Of a DNA stretch of 64,000 bases, positions 24,906 to 36,967 are shown in pieces (the stretch's first letter is position 1; every line of letters begins with the position of its first letter). Below the pieces are notes generated by a model. That model had not been told where the DNA came from. It saw only the letters and a list, made by a program, of their open reading frames with translations, and searched no databases. The stretch is from Vicugna vicugna (taxonomy: Eukaryota), in NCBI GenBank assembly GCA_013265495.1, contig MU062133.1, forward strand, positions 15,945,885-16,009,884, given 5' to 3'. The translations under genes were made by a program, and so were the position numbers.

Positions 24906-26269
24906 ATCCTTGATGTGTCCTCTCAGAGACAGAGAGGTGGGGGCAGGAGGGAAGGCTGAATGGGTCACACGAAGGGGTCTGAGGGGCAGATGCAACTCCC
25001 TGCAGCCAGGCTGAGGGGCAGGACAAGCAGGGAAAGCAGGAGGGAACACCGGATGCCACAGTGCACTTCCACAAGGGGAGGCAGGAAGACAGGGCCACTA
25101 GTGCATGTAGGGAGGAGGCGGGAACACGGAAGGGAAGAGAAAGGGAACATCCATCAGTTCTGCGAGGGTGTATACGCCACATATGCGCACACACGGGCAT
25201 GAGCACACATGAGCATGCACACACGCCCAGTGCATACACTCGGGGGAATATTCTAGCTGAAATAGTTATGTGGATTCCTATCAATGGGTGTCACGCCTTC
25301 AGAACGCTGGGCCAGGCATCCCAGGCCTGCTGTTGGCCGCGGGCCCTGCTAGGAGGGGTGCTGTTTAAGTCTGCCTCAGCCCATCTTGCTCCCCAGTGTG
25401 CAGCCCAGTGCCCAGTGCACCGCTGACACATGGTGAGATCTGTTGAAATGAACTGAACATCATTCCATCTCAGTGTGTTCTTCTGAGATCCCAAATTCAC
25501 ACTGCTGCCACACAAACCCAACTGTTCTCTCCAAAGCAGAGAGGAGTGACAGTTTGGCACTCTCTTCCAGAAAAGAACTCTTTGCTCACTTGAAGACTGT
25601 TACTGTGATTCACTTTAACTTCCCACAGATGACAGCCTTTTCCCCTCCCCTTTCTCACTCCACCAGAACACTGGTTAGAGTAGGTACCACCACCCTCCAG
25701 TCAAATAGAGGCCCGGCAACCTCTGCCCAGGGCTGGGATATAGGGGGTCCCTCCCTGAGACCCAGAGATCCCATCACTCCCCCTCACACTTTCTTATGCA
25801 GCCAACCACATTAGGTACCAGAAAAAAACCCTGCTTTGCTAGAAACAGATGAGGTAAACTCCTATCCCAGGGAAAGGGGGCAACAACATTCTTGCTATTT
25901 GTGACCCCCCATGAGCAGAGCCCACACACACAGATTGAGGAGAGAGGGAAGTCCGTTATCTACTTATTCTACAAAACGCCACTTGAGCAAATGGTGTCAT
26001 CCTCATTCTCAGCCAACCCAAAGTAAAACTGACACCTGTGGTGTTTCTCTTCTCTCTTCCTGTCTGACTCAGGCAGCCCCTCCCGTGTTCCGCTGGACAA
26101 TTTTTGGAGAAGTCCTGGCAAGCTTGAGTTTGGTGGTGAGAGGCCTTGAATGCCAGGCCAAAGGTGCGAATTTTTGCAGTAGACAACAAGGAGACACTGA
26201 AAGCTGTGTAGTGATGGAGAACGGTGGTTTGGTGACTGCATGTTGCTGGAGGCTGTGGTCATAATCTAA

Positions 26270-26486
26270 CAGTGGTTCCCAAGCACGGTGGTTTTGTCCT
26301 CCAGGGACATCTGATCATGCCTGGAGACAGTTTTGATTGGCACGACTGGTGTGTGGGGGGGTGCTACTGGCATCTGGTGGGCAGAGACCAAGGATGCAGC
26401 TAGACAGCTTATAGTGCACAGGACCATCACCACCACAAAGAGTGATCTGGCCTCAATGTCAGTAGTGCCAAGGCCGAGGACCACTG
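26270..26486 (+). mobile_element. MER20 hAT-Charlie DNA transposon, near full length
   Basis: cagtggttccc...ggtgctactggcatctggtgggcagagaccaaggatgc...aatgtcagtagtgccaaggccgaggaccactg. CAGTGG/CCACTG termini. Confidence 0.92.
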
Positions 26487-26879
26487 ATCTGGCAGGAAGA
26501 AATGAATGCTGGGTCCAAGAGCAGCTATTCTGAGGGAAGAAGTGATGGGACTTGCCAGAACGGGGGATGCAGGAAAAAGAGGAGCCATGGGAGACAGACA
26601 GGACTGGAAGCATGGCGCTTAGGAGAAGGCGGCCACCTGGAGAGAATGTGTGGGGTGGTGAGATGGCCGGGGTGCCTGACACGGGCTTGGAGCCACCTGC
26701 TGGCTTGAATTTCAGAGGCGTTTGTCATGGTTTTGGACTCACCTGATCATGCAGCGTGGGAGATGAAGGGTTCAGGAGGGAGGTTTAAGTGTAAACCCGC
26801 CACCCCTGAGCCCTCTCCTCGGGTCTCACAGCCTCCTCCCTCTGAGGATAAAACCCAGCCTCCTCAGCTTGGGATGCGC

Positions 26880-27330
26880 CATGATGTGCCTCTTCCCTCC
26901 TCTCCAGCCTCACCTGCTGCTGCTCCCTCACCATCCCACCCTTCTGATCACAGTCCCCTGCAGCCTTTCAAAGGCAGCCTGCCTCCCAGCCCCAGAACTT
27001 GGTCCACGCTGGACTTCCCGGCCTGCCCTTTCTCCCCTTCCTGACCTGTCCTATTTCTACTCATCTCTCAGGATGCAGCTCATTTTCAGGTCCTCTGGGA
27101 AGATGTCTCCAACCCTGTGCATAAGCTGGATACCCTCTCTCTGCACGTCTATAGCATTGTGGGCCAAGCTCTATCCAGGACAGAGATTATATGGCAATGG
27201 CTGCTGACTTCCTTCTTTCTGCATTAGATCCCTCGAGGCGCCATGGAGAGCTGCAACTCAGCTTTCCCTGTGCATCTCCACAGTCAGCAGAGAACGTAGA
27301 TGTCTGCTGAATGAATGAATGAATTCATGG
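26880..27330 (+). mobile_element. L2 LINE 3' fragment
   Basis: Pyrimidine-rich L2 body ending in the (GAAT)n tail, tgctgaatgaatgaatgaat. Confidence 0.7.
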
Positions 27331-28319
27331 ATGGACAAAGACACAGAATTTGTGACAAAACAAAGAAGGTTGCCAAGGCTGGAGGCATGGATAAAACCTC
27401 CAAGAGACCATTTATAGAGAAAAGAACAGTGAATTGAGAACTTTGGTGAATACGCACTGTAGGGGTATGAGAGTTGGGGAGAGGAGCTGGCAAAAAAAAA
27501 AAAAAGCAACCCAAAACACCAGAGGTGGAAAGAACAGGAACGCAGGAGAATCAGGATCACACAGTGTCTCCGAGCCAAGAAGGAAGTTATGAGATGCATG
27601 TGCTTTAATGCATCCAGAAGGCCAAGTGTTACAGAGGTTGAGACAGGCTGTGAATTTGTCAGCAACTTTTAAAAGAGTTCCATCCTCAGAGGGAAGGACA
27701 CTGACCCACGGTGCTGATGAATCAGCTAAGGCACAAGTAAACCTTTCTGAGGAGGGGCGAGGGAGGTCCCTCCAGACTTGGGGGGAAGCAGGAGATAGCA
27801 CAGGGGGAGCCAGACAGGGATGATCAAGGGCCCTGCCCAGAGATGGGGGCGGCGGACAATGGGGATGGCTTTACCACATCTGATGCGACTACCTGGAAGT
27901 CAGGGTTAAGTCGGCGGGGAGACTCACAGAACGAGCATTGCATCCTGGAGGCAGTGTCACCCAGCAGCATGCTTTTCTCTCTGCATCTCTTACTTTAGAG
28001 CTAGTTGTGCCACCCACCCTGCCTCACCCAGCCCACACTTACTGCCAGCAGCTTGGACACCAATGACACACTCATTGAACTCTTGCTAATTTCATGGCAA
28101 TTTCCTATCGGTGCTAAACTGCCTGGTGAGGCATCTTTCAGAGAGTCCGTGCACTTTCAGGCCTAATGGAGTGAACCCAGCCCCAGAGTAAGGGGGCTCA
28201 TGCTTCTCCTGCTCTGCTGTTGAGCTCTGGGTATAACTGACACCTGATGTCATGTAAAAGCAAGTCACAGAGGCTTAAGTCCATGCACACGTTCAAGTAT
28301 CCCCAGCCAGTGACTTTAC

Positions 28320-28464
28320 CTGGGACTTTGCATCCTTGCCTTCAATCTTGACACAGGGGCTTAACCTGAGGTTGGAGATCTCCTGGTCTTTCTGCTTTTG
28401 AGACTCTAGGCACTTCTGCCTCTGTCGGATATTGCCCTTCTGGATGGAGGCATCCTTAGGCACT
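28320..28464 (-). CDS. GALNT14: GALNT14 exon 13: lectin alpha repeat
   Basis: (R)[48 protein letters not shown]. 145 nt, AG/GT boundaries. Confidence 0.97.
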
Positions 28465-28951
28465 CTAGAGGAAAGCCACAGGACGGATGAGAACCCACAG
28501 CTCTTCGGATGTAACACCAGCAGCCGCTAGAGAGGTCAGGCGGTGCTGGGAGAACAGCAGGGGCATTTTGCTTTGGTCTGTGTTACAATGACCTGGACTG
28601 CTCAGGGCCTGGGGGTGGGGGAGGTACCACTAGGAACAAGGCAGCAAGGAAAGACTCAGTAGTCTGGAGCCTGGACCGGAATCAGGGTCAGCGAGTCCAT
28701 GCCCTGAGGTCACACCCCGGAGCTCAAACTCCCACAGCTAAGAAATTACTGCTAAGCCGACCTCAGTCCCTCATGCTACTGATTAATGTAATTCCTCTTC
28801 GGGTGTCAGGGATAAGAGGAGTTAACTGGTCTTCTCAGACCTCCATGTACTTAAAAACCCTCATCCAGATGGCCACAGGCGGTCCCCTCTCCAGACTGAG
28901 TCAGCTGAGTCTCCCTGCAGCCAACCAAGGCTCAGGCCATAGGGGAGGTAC

Positions 28952-29035
28952 CTGAGTTCTGGATAGACATTCTCCAGGTACCACTTGAAGCTCTGGCACT
29001 GCAAATTCCTCCTCAGGTCCACTCTGCTCTCAATG
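28952..29035 (-). CDS. GALNT14: GALNT14 exon 12: end of catalytic domain and linker
   Basis: (N)[27 protein letters not shown](R). 84 nt, donor CAG|GTACCT. Confidence 0.96.
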
Positions 29036-29497
29036 CTGGGGTGACGGGGGTGGGTAGACAGAAAGACAAAATATAGCTGTGTCAGAGACAGGTACCAGCC
29101 ACACGCACCCAGGGTGGGAAGTGCAAAACACAGGCTGTGCTCACGCTCTGCGCCCACGTCTCTCCAGAGGGTGCTGGGGAAATCAACTGAGAGCTCCAGA
29201 CAGAGCTATGGAAACACTTAGTGATATCTCACAATAATGGCACCGAAGATTTGTGCTTTTATTTGAACACAGAATTTGAGGGTGTTTTTTACTTTTCATT
29301 AAAAACAAGGCTACAAGCACATTCAGTGGGTTGTTAATAATTCACCACCGGGGCTCTGGGTCTACTTACTCACAAATCTCTCTTTGGCTTCAGATGTTGA
29401 AATACCATCCCCCTTCTCTAGACCACTCCAGCCTCAGAAAACCCTGTTCTTTAGCTGGTTTGGGGGCGTGGTCATGTATTTGTTCATCACACTTTTA

Positions 29498-29586
29498 CTC
29501 CCATCCAAGTACTAACCAGGCCCGACCCTGCTTAGCTTCCGAGATCAGACGAGATCGGGCACGTTCAGGGTGGTATGGCCGTAGAC
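29498..29586 (-). pseudogene. 5S rRNA retropseudogene, nt 1-89, 3'-truncated, no tail
   Basis: The reverse complement reads GTCTACGGCCATACCACCCTGAACGTGCCCGATCTCGTCTGATCTCGGAAGCTAAGCAGGGTCGGGCCTGGTTAGTACTTGGATGGGAG, 88/89 identical to the mammalian 5S sequence as I recall it. Direct repeats flank it at 29485-29499 and 29587-29601. Confidence 0.96.
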
Positions 29587-31000
29587 CATCACACATTTAC
29601 TGAGGACCTATTATGTGCCGTTGTGCCCATTGTGGGATGTGATGGTAAGCTTTCAAGCAAGAGATGGGTAATGAATGAACCAAGTGCTCACAACCTGATG
29701 TGGACGTGGGCTGGGCCTGCAGGGGATATGGCAGCCCCTCAGAGGTGGCCCTTTGCTTGTTGGGGTTGGTGGTGGTCAGGTGGTAATGTGGAAGCTGGAA
29801 TCTGGAAGGAAAGTAGACGTTGTCTAGACAAACCACAAAGTGGGTGAGGTGGTAGGCCCTGGTAAGGGCAGGGAAGAGCCACGAGAGATGAGTGTGTGTG
29901 AAGTGGGAAGGGTTCCGCTGGCAGGAGCAGCGCTACAGGAAGCTAGAATATGTATGGGAGGAGAAGAGAAGCGGGGGCGGAGGGAGGACAGACACAGACC
30001 ATAAAGGGTCTGGTGGAGGAGCTTGGGCTTTAAGGGCAATGGGATGCCAAAGACGGGTTCTCAGCAGAGCATGACATGGTGATGCCCATCCTTTAAGAGC
30101 ATCTTACTTATGGTGAACAGATCTGATGGGCAAAGCTAGGAGGGTGGATAGGAGGCAGCTGTAGAAACCAAGGTACTGACCATGCTTTCTGGCAGAGAAG
30201 TGGGGGCGGGAATGGAGAATAGGGACAGGTGTGAGTCCCTCCATTTCTCTCTGTCCGCATCACCAGTCCTGCCTGAGTTCCCTTTACACCTTGTACTTCC
30301 TGGGCAACCACACAGAACTGGCCCTGCTCTGTCCAGCTTCACCTCCTTCCACCCCAGAGATGGGACCAGGTGCTTTCAAGGGACTAGGACTTCTTATTCA
30401 GCACTAACCACATTTCCTCATCAGACTCTAATCAACAAGAGGGCAGGAATAACATTTTTTTAATGCTAAGTTTAGTATTTCTGAACAGTAAATGTTCAGT
30501 ATTTGCAAGAACCCGGATGCTCAGTGCATGAATGAGGCAGGATCTCCAGGATTTGGTGATTGTTTAGATGTGGCAGTGCGGTCAAGGTTGACATGCAGAT
30601 TTCTGGCTTGGACAACAAGATGCAAGGAAGAGTGTGCACGGAGATGGGGAACCTGGGGTGAGGAGCCAGTTCAGGAATGAAGAGGATGCATTCAGTTAGG
30701 ACTTGCTGAGTTGGAGCACCCTGGGAGACACCCAGGCAGAGATGTCCAGCTGCTACTTGGATCCAAGGGATGGCACTCAGAGACAAGGTGCAGGTTAGGG
30801 ATGGAGATGCGAGTGTGAGCAGTACACAAGCGGTGGTTGATGCCAGGGAGAATGTGGAGTCAGAGGAGGGCTTATGACAGACTCTCAGGGAAGACCAACA
30901 TATAAGGATGGGGAGAGTCCCCCACAAAGGGGCCTGGGAGAGGGCAACCTGCACTGCAGGACAAGAGCCAAGCCTGCAGTTCTGGAAACCCAGAGGTCAG
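29587..31000 (-). mobile_element. L2 LINE, fragmented
   Basis: Starts with the reverse L2 3' end (catttactgaggacctattatgtgcc) and continues with L2-like purine-rich sequence (ggatttggtgattgtttagatgtgg..., gagatgtccagctgctacttgga). Confidence 0.7.
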
Positions 31001-31398
31001 AGGTGCACCTGAAGGGGGTTAGGTGTGAGAAGACTCATACCAGTGGGGTAACACAGAGGAAGGTGAGGGGCCCCAGGGAGTCATGGGTGGGCCAGGTGGG
31101 AGTGATAGCAGGGGTGGAGGGCACAGCCTCAGATCAGTCAGGAGAGGAGCTGGGGGAGCGATGCAGGCAGCTTTCATGAAGCTTGGCTCTGAAGAAGCAG
31201 AAGACAGGGTGTAGGTGACAAGCATTGTTGGATTGAGAAAGAGTTCTTGTAGTTTGTTTTCTTTCCTTCTCTTCTTTTCTTTTTAAAAGCTGTGTAAGAT
31301 ACTGAATAAATTTAAATGCTAATGGGAATCATGCAAAAGAGAAGAGAGACTAGTGATCAGGGAGAGAGAAGGCGCACGGAGGACAAAGTCCCCTAGAA

Positions 31399-31576
31399 CA
31401 GTGGACCCCACACTGTCTGCACATAAGAATCACCTGGTGGGGGGTGGTCTTTTACACATTCCATAGCCCAGGCCACAGCCCAGACTAAATCCACTCTCTG
31501 GGGGTGGAGTAGAGGCATCAGTATTCTTTGAAGCTCCCCTGGTGATTGCGATGTGCGGGCAGTTTGAGAACCATTG
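31399..31576. mobile_element. MER5A DNA transposon
   Basis: cagtggacccc...agaatcacctgg...ctcccctggtgattgcgatgtgcgggcagtttgagaaccattg. Confidence 0.85.
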
Positions 31577-31601
31577 CCCTGGAACCTTGCTCCTGAGGTC
31601 C

Positions 31602-31733
31602 NNNNNNNNNNNNNNNNNNNNNNNNNNNNNNNNNNNNNNNNNNNNNNNNNNNNNNNNNNNNNNNNNNNNNNNNNNNNNNNNNNNNNNNNNNNNNNNNNNN
31701 NNNNNNNNNNNNNNNNNNNNNNNNNNNNNNNNN
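31602..31733. other. Assembly gap (N run)
   Basis: 132 Ns. Confidence 1.
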
Positions 31734-33090
31734 AGATGAATCTAGGCAGTAGGAACTCGATAAACGTTGATTTATGAGTGAATGTAGGAGTGAAGGGTGC
31801 ATCTGGAGAACAGGTAGAGGGCTGCCCTGATACCGCAGGGGGCACACCTTGTGTGATGAAAGAGACCAGAAGAATGGTGCAGATACAGTGAAGTTTATAG
31901 GTTGGTGTGTCCTGGGAAGTTGATGCTATTTCATCTATAAAGCAGAGGTGTCATCTGCTGTGAGTGAAAGGACGGGGGCAGACGCAGCAGCTGGGGAGAG
32001 CAGAGACGGTACAAACGGAGACTGAGAAGGAACGCTGGCCAGGCCAGGTGGCGGGACCAAGACATCCACTGAGGGCCTCTCTGAGACTGATGATGGCCAC
32101 GGAGTGTTAGCAGCACTGGCTAATTCCCAGAACTGCTCAGCAGCATGTGCCGAGGGGAGAAAAGTTCAAAGTCAGGCTCATCCAGGGTTGAGAGAACTTC
32201 ACTTGGGAGTGTTGACAGATGCTCAACAGGGCAAAAGACCTGAGGACATCTTTTAAGCACTCTTTTTAAACAAGAGTGGAACCCAAGCTGGAGAAGGAAG
32301 GAAGTGAAGAAAGGAGGGATGGATGGACACGGCCAATGGACTGGAAGTTAAATGAGGACTCAGAATAAATTCCTGAGGAGGCTCTGATCAGGAGAACCGG
32401 AGGGACAGCGTGGGTTTACGGTTTTAGGAATACAGATCATTTTGGTGGGGTCTAGTTTCATCTTCTCGAGCAGTGATGGGCTCCACCTATGACATGGAGT
32501 CTGCAAAAATCCCATCTGCTCAATAGCCTCAGAATGACTGAGGGATATTAGATGACAAAAAGCCACTGGTTGTCTCTCCCCAAAAGGGGAAGGATAATAT
32601 CAGTGAAGCTGCCATTTTTCTCGACTCAAATCAGCTCTGGGTTGGGGAACATGACATCATATTGTTTTGGAACCAGACAGGTGTGGTCTGAGCCTACTCC
32701 TGCAGGGGTGTGAGCCAGGGCAACTACCTTAAACTGTAAAAAGCCTCAGTCTCCTCATCTGTAAAACAGGAGTGATTATACCCATTTCTCAGTTTGAGGA
32801 GGACTAATGAGACATCTTATGTAATGGTATCTGGCATTTAATGCCCTTCCCTGTCCTATTCTATCCCTACAAAGCTGGAGCACTGCTCTAGGGGAGACCT
32901 CCTGCTACTGCTCCTCCCAGACAGGAGCAAGAAGGGACATGAAGGGAGAACAGCCTCAGCCCGGGCCCTGAAGAGACCACAGGCTTGGAGACCAGCTGAG
33001 CAGATAGGCCTGTAGGGACCACTTGCGTCGGGCCTATGAGCCATGGCTCCTCTTGACTCTCTGCACAAACCAACTAGAAGGGAGACTTAC

Positions 33091-33183
33091 TTTCCAAAGG
33101 GTCTCTCCAGGGCGAATGGCCGGGATGCATAATAGTACTGTTTGTATTCATCCATCCACACTTCGGCTGTCCGCTTGGTGTTC
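33091..33183 (-). CDS. GALNT14: GALNT14 exon 11
   Basis: (K)[30 protein letters not shown](N). 93 nt, AG acceptor and GTAAGT donor. Confidence 0.97.
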
Positions 33184-34419
33184 CTGGGGAGACAGGAGGT
33201 GTCGGGGAGGGGCCATCTGAGAGGGAGCTGGGACGCATCCAGGTAAAATACACACACTCGGCAAGCTAGCAGTGTCACCCAGGTGGGGGCTACCACAGTC
33301 CAGTAGTGCTAGTCTCCCCAGAGTGCTGAGCCTAGCCACGTCCACCAAGTCCAAAGGGGCCTGTACCCCAAGACACAGAATTTCAGTAGTCACGATGTAT
33401 TCTTTCCCAAAAGGTACAGACTAGAGAAATTACACCAGAAATTGGACTTCTATGGCGCTCGACAAAGAAATTAAAAAAAAAAAAAAACCACAGGGAGGAA
33501 AAAGCCAGGAGAACCTGGGGCATCCCTTTGGTGGGAGTACAAGAAGAGAATGTTGACAGTCTCTGGCCGCCCATAGGCTGTGGCTCCAGCTCCAGGTGTC
33601 TCCCCTCGAGCTGAGGGCCCAGCTGTCCAAGGGGAAGGTCACACTGGGTCTTCCCACAGGCAGGGAATTAGCTTGGTGCAGGTGTAGAGGATTAGGTAAC
33701 CACCACACCATCTTGGTCAGATGTTTTGCCAGCTCCTTCCACTGGCCTAACCAACCCCAATCTGACATGCCCCACATCTCCCTCACCTCCCAATGACCCA
33801 CTGGTGGTGTGTAGGATGCCCCCTGGCCAGGCCCCAGTCTCAAATACAAGGAATGTTCTAGAGCCCAAGGCTCTGCCCCCTCACATCTAGACTGGCCCCA
33901 TTTCACATCATGGCCCCACCACTTGCCTACACCAGGTGTCCTCAGCTCACCTTTCCCTTTAAAAAGCCCAGAGCCCAGGCGGCCCTCCCTTTGTTCCCCG
34001 TTCTGCCGCCTGGGTCCTCATGGCCCTGCCCTGCCCACCACGGTGTTATCCCTCCCACAGTCCCCCGCCCCCACCTGTCCATCCAGGGAGGAGAGAGACA
34101 GCCCAGGAGAAAAGCCCCAAAGAGGTGCTTGGCTCCTCCCTCAAACGGACCAAATAAGAGAAAAAAAGGCCAAGGGGGAAATCAACGGGAGAAATCACGC
34201 CAAAGAAAAGGGAGGGAGGGGGCACGGGCACCGCTGAGTCACTGAGTCCTGTTTCCCGGCAAGGAGCCCAGGGCCGCAGGCCCTCCCCAAGCCTGGCCCC
34301 TCCTGTGCACTGGCACGTGGGCTGGATCCACTTGTCCCCAGTCCCTATTCCCGAATCTTCCCAAGGGCCTTTCCCCTGCCAACCCAGCCTGAAGGCAGGA
34401 GTAGCAGACCTTCTGGAAT

Positions 34420-35240
34420 TCAGCGGCAAAAACCGGCCGCCCTTCCCCCACCCTGAATAACCCCAAACTCTCGGAGCACTGAGCCCTGCAAGACAGCGTG
34501 ACTTGAAGCCCCGGAGGCCACACATGGGGCCTTGTCAAGTCTGGAGGAAGCCACCCAGGGAGAACAGACGCGGAGCCTCCAGCCTAAAGCCGGAGAGACA
34601 GGCCAGGCCTCCGCAGCTGAGGCAGAGGCCGAGCGGGCGTGACACACCACCCCCATCCCCCCAGAACACTCAGGCAGCCTACCAGAGGCCCCGGGACAAC
34701 CACAACCCGTCACCACAAAAGCCCTCGGCCACGGCCGCCCCCATGGAGCCCCTGCGACGCCCCCTTACTTTATGTACGTGTTGGCGTTTCCATCCGGGAA
34801 AACATACGGGTGCTTCTTCCGGAAGACGTGGCCCACTCGGCTGCAGGGCACGATCTCTAGGCTGCCCCCGCACATCCACACTCTGAAGGAGATTTCTGCA
34901 AGACAGCCACGCACCCCGCCATCACTGCTCTGCCTCCCGGACAGAGGGGACACAGGATGGCAGCTTCCCGACACCGGGCGCCAGGTCGAGGGGAGCGGGG
35001 AGGGCCTGCTGCGCCCGGCCTCGGGCGCCGGGCTTCCGCGCCGCCTCCGCTGCCGGAGGGCGTGCTCCGCGGGCGGGGCGAACTCGGTTTCCCAGCCTGC
35101 AACGCGGCTGGTAATAACTCACACCTGGGAGGGCGGTTTGCGTTCACACGGCAGTGGTCGCCGCGGAGGAGCACGTATCTAAACGCCTTACGTCCCCGCC
35201 CTCGTGAAGGGCCGTGCTTACGCCTCGGCAACACTCAGGG
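34420..35240. promoter_or_regulatory. Intragenic CpG island spanning exon 10 and the 3' end of intron 9
   Basis: About 36 CpGs counted by hand in 34921-35220, against a CpG-poor background. GC boxes gggcggggc (about 35071-35079) and ccccgccc (about 35194-35201). Confidence 0.8.
34769..34895 (-). CDS. GALNT14: GALNT14 exon 10: Gal/GalNAc-T motif region with the GHVFR histidine
   Basis: (E)[41 protein letters not shown](K). 127 nt. Confidence 0.98.
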
Positions 35241-36951
35241 GCCAGCATGGTCAGGTGTGATGCTTTAGCCTGGAACAGAGAAGCCTGGGGGCAGTGACAG
35301 ACCTGCTTATGAACACGTTAAGGCTTCAGTGTGGAACATGGATTGGACTCGCTCGAATGACCTCAGAGGATTAGACCCAGGACCGAGGACGAAGAATTTC
35401 CATTAGACTAGGGAGAATTTTCTGACGGGCAAGGTCCAGATAGAAGAGGCTGTCATAGTCAGTGTGTTTGCCATCCAGACAGGCTAGAGAGTCACCTGGT
35501 CAGGATGCGACACAGAGGACCAGTTCCCAGGAGGCACCTGCACAAGGTGTCCAGGACAGTTCCTCCCAATGCTGCGACTGCAATTCTGCCTCCCGCAACG
35601 GCACCTGAATGCCATCCTGGAGAAGGAAGTCTAGGCCGTAGCCTAGAGCTGCGAGCAACATAAAAAGTGCTGGAAGCCTCAAAGCTGTTGCTGGGGGTGC
35701 TTCCCTGGGTGGGGATTCTCCACACACTCATTTTTTCCTGGTTGGCTGCTGCCGCGGGGTGGTGTTAGCCGAGGTGGCTGGGGAGGCAGGCATGTGCATT
35801 TCTCTCTTGGGGATGCTTACTGCAGGCTAGGAGCAGCGGTTCTGCTCCCAGAGGAAGCAGTGGAATACCAAGGTGATGGGGGACGATCTTATCATTGCCA
35901 TTGTTTAGAATTGCTGAACGACTGTTCCGTGGATTTATTATTGCTTGTAACTTCTCTGCACCTGCATCCCCTTACTGACTGCACCCAGGGCAGGCTGCTT
36001 CCCACACCCCCTGGATATGCCACTGGTGGGAAAAGCTTCTGCAGTGAAGCTCAAGTATGAGGACAGGCTGGCTCAGGAAAAACCAATGCCTGTAGGTGAC
36101 TGCCCTGGAAGTGGGCGGGGGCCCTAGAAGTGAGCTGGGGGGTCCACAAGTAGGGAATGAGGAAGCGGGGATTCCAGCGCCATCCCACCGCATACTGCCC
36201 TGCACCCCCAGCACCTTGGGCCCCACCTCCCTGGGTTTCTGCTCCAGGGTCCTCTCTTTCATCCTGTGTCCCTCCCACTTCCTGCTCTCTGTCTCCCTTC
36301 ATCCCAACTCCCCCAGCAAGTGCTTGGACACAAATTCTTCATCCTGATCCTCACCTGCTCTCCCACTCACCTGTCCTCAGCCCCTTTTTTGTCCCCTTCT
36401 GCCGCCTGCCCCGTGTCCCTGCAAAAGCCCCTGAGCTGCAGGCAGGGCTTCCTTGACACCTATACTTACTCCGCCTGCCTGCCCAGGTGCTCTCCCAAAC
36501 AGGCTACAGCTCATTGCCAGCGAGCGTGGATTTCCCTCAGAGTGGGGGCAACATGTCCACTAGGATGAAGAAAGGACGTCTCAAGACTGCTACCAAATGC
36601 TGGCAAGAACATGGAGTTGGCAGGGAGACACGGGAAGACCTTTGGCTTTGGGGTCAATGGCCCCAAGTCTGCAGTAACCCACTAGCTGCATCCCTGGGGA
36701 AACCTGCTTGACATCACTGAGGCTGGGTTTTGTCAAATGAAGAGCATAAAATTACTCTGCAGGATGGCTGTTGACATCAAATGAAACAGAATTTTCAAGA
36801 ACAATTGTGAAAACTCTTAAGTGTGATTGAAAGAGCAGTGACAACTGTGAAACACTCATCTGAAGCCAGTCTCTTTAAGATGTGGATGCCGATGGCATCG
36901 CCTACCTATGCCCACTTCCAACTTCCTAGACCATTTACAGCTTCCTGCTTC

Positions 36952-36967
36952 TGCCACAGGGGGCGCT
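36952..36967 (+). promoter_or_regulatory. Candidate CTCF motif
   Basis: TGCCACAGGGGGCGCT: an 11-nt exact match to the CAGGGGGCGCT core, with mismatches in the 5' part. Motif match only. Confidence 0.4.

Noticed and set aside
29498-29586. Functional 5S rRNA gene
   Set aside because: It lacks about 30 nt of the 3' end, has a cut box C and no adjacent T-run terminator, and is a single copy with a target-site duplication.
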